Origin: Octopus bimaculoides
Lineage: Eukaryota
Reading direction: 5' to 3'
DNA: 64,000 nucleotides
Assembly (NCBI RefSeq): GCF_001194135.2
Contig: NC_068992.1
Location: 61,210,566-61,274,565, forward strand
The notes under the pieces: model-generated
The model's database searches: none
What the model was told of the DNA's origin: nothing
Seen by the model: only the letters and a program-made list of their open reading frames with translations
Translations under genes and position numbers: made by a program
Shown here: positions 63,263-64,000 of the stretch, piece after piece
Layout of the letters: each line of letters opens with the position of its first letter
Numbering within the stretch: position 1 is the stretch's first letter

Positions 63263-63278
63263 TATGTGTGTATGTGTG

Positions 63279-63320
<42 letters not shown>

Positions 63321-63505
63321 CATGCACACTCCTGTATAGAAAAAATAACATTTATAAAGATATATAATATATGTGTGTGTACATGTGTTTATGTGTATGT
63401 ATGTGTATATATATGTATTACTATATATATAATATATATATATATTATATATAAATATATATGTATATGCATATATGTGTGTGGGTATATATATATATAT
63501 ACACA

Positions 63506-63577
<72 letters not shown>

Positions 63578-64000
63578 TGTGTGTGTGTAAATATATATAT
63601 GTACACACACGTATGTGTATATATATATTCAGATATATGCATATGTGTGTGTGTAAATATATATATATATATATACACACACACACGTATATGCATATAT
63701 ATATGTATGTATATACCTATATGTGTGCATAAATATGTATGTACATACCTGTATATGTATATATATGTGCATGTATATATATATATATACAACATATATA
63801 TATATGCATATATATACATATAGATATATTTATATGCTTATACATATATATGTGTATATATGCATATATATGTATATGCATATATATATATGCATATATG
63901 TATTTCTCTGTCTGTCTGTCTCTCTCTCTATATGTATATATATGTATATATGTATGTATATATATGTATATATGTATGTATATATATGTATATATATATA
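63263..64000 (+). repeat. Compound (TA)n/(TG)n/(TATG)n microsatellite downstream of the stop codon
   Basis: Direct inspection; source of the IYIY ORFs. Confidence 0.95.

Overview
AT-rich, microsatellite- and SINE-dense animal genomic DNA with N gaps. The repeat families look like those of Octopus/coleoid cephalopods (inference from recalled repeat sequences). The window holds the 3' part of one + strand gene, a FRMD5/FRMD3-like FERM-domain protein with a C-terminal transmembrane anchor. Seven well-supported exons join in frame through canonical AG/GT sites: 2833-2921, 3528-3591, 34246-34334, 35491-35568, 37112-37180, 41755-41846 and 62522-63165. They encode the FERM C-lobe, the FERM-adjacent region, a low-complexity linker and the TM tail; the 5' exons lie upstream of the window. 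Two strong microexon candidates (21 nt at 15813, 18 nt at 55083) and several weaker ones sit in the large introns. One is a 4-nt unit whose frameshift would be exactly repaired by an internal donor in the next exon. The introns also contain tRNA-derived SINEs, RTE LINE remnants, bipartite RTE-derived elements, piggyBac/hAT/mariner-type MITEs, a Penelope-like fragment, two sense-strand hammerhead-ribozyme-like motifs and several long foldback hairpins. Nearly all ORFs in the supplied track are microsatellite, gap or repeat artefacts. All calls were made by eye, with no database or folding runs.
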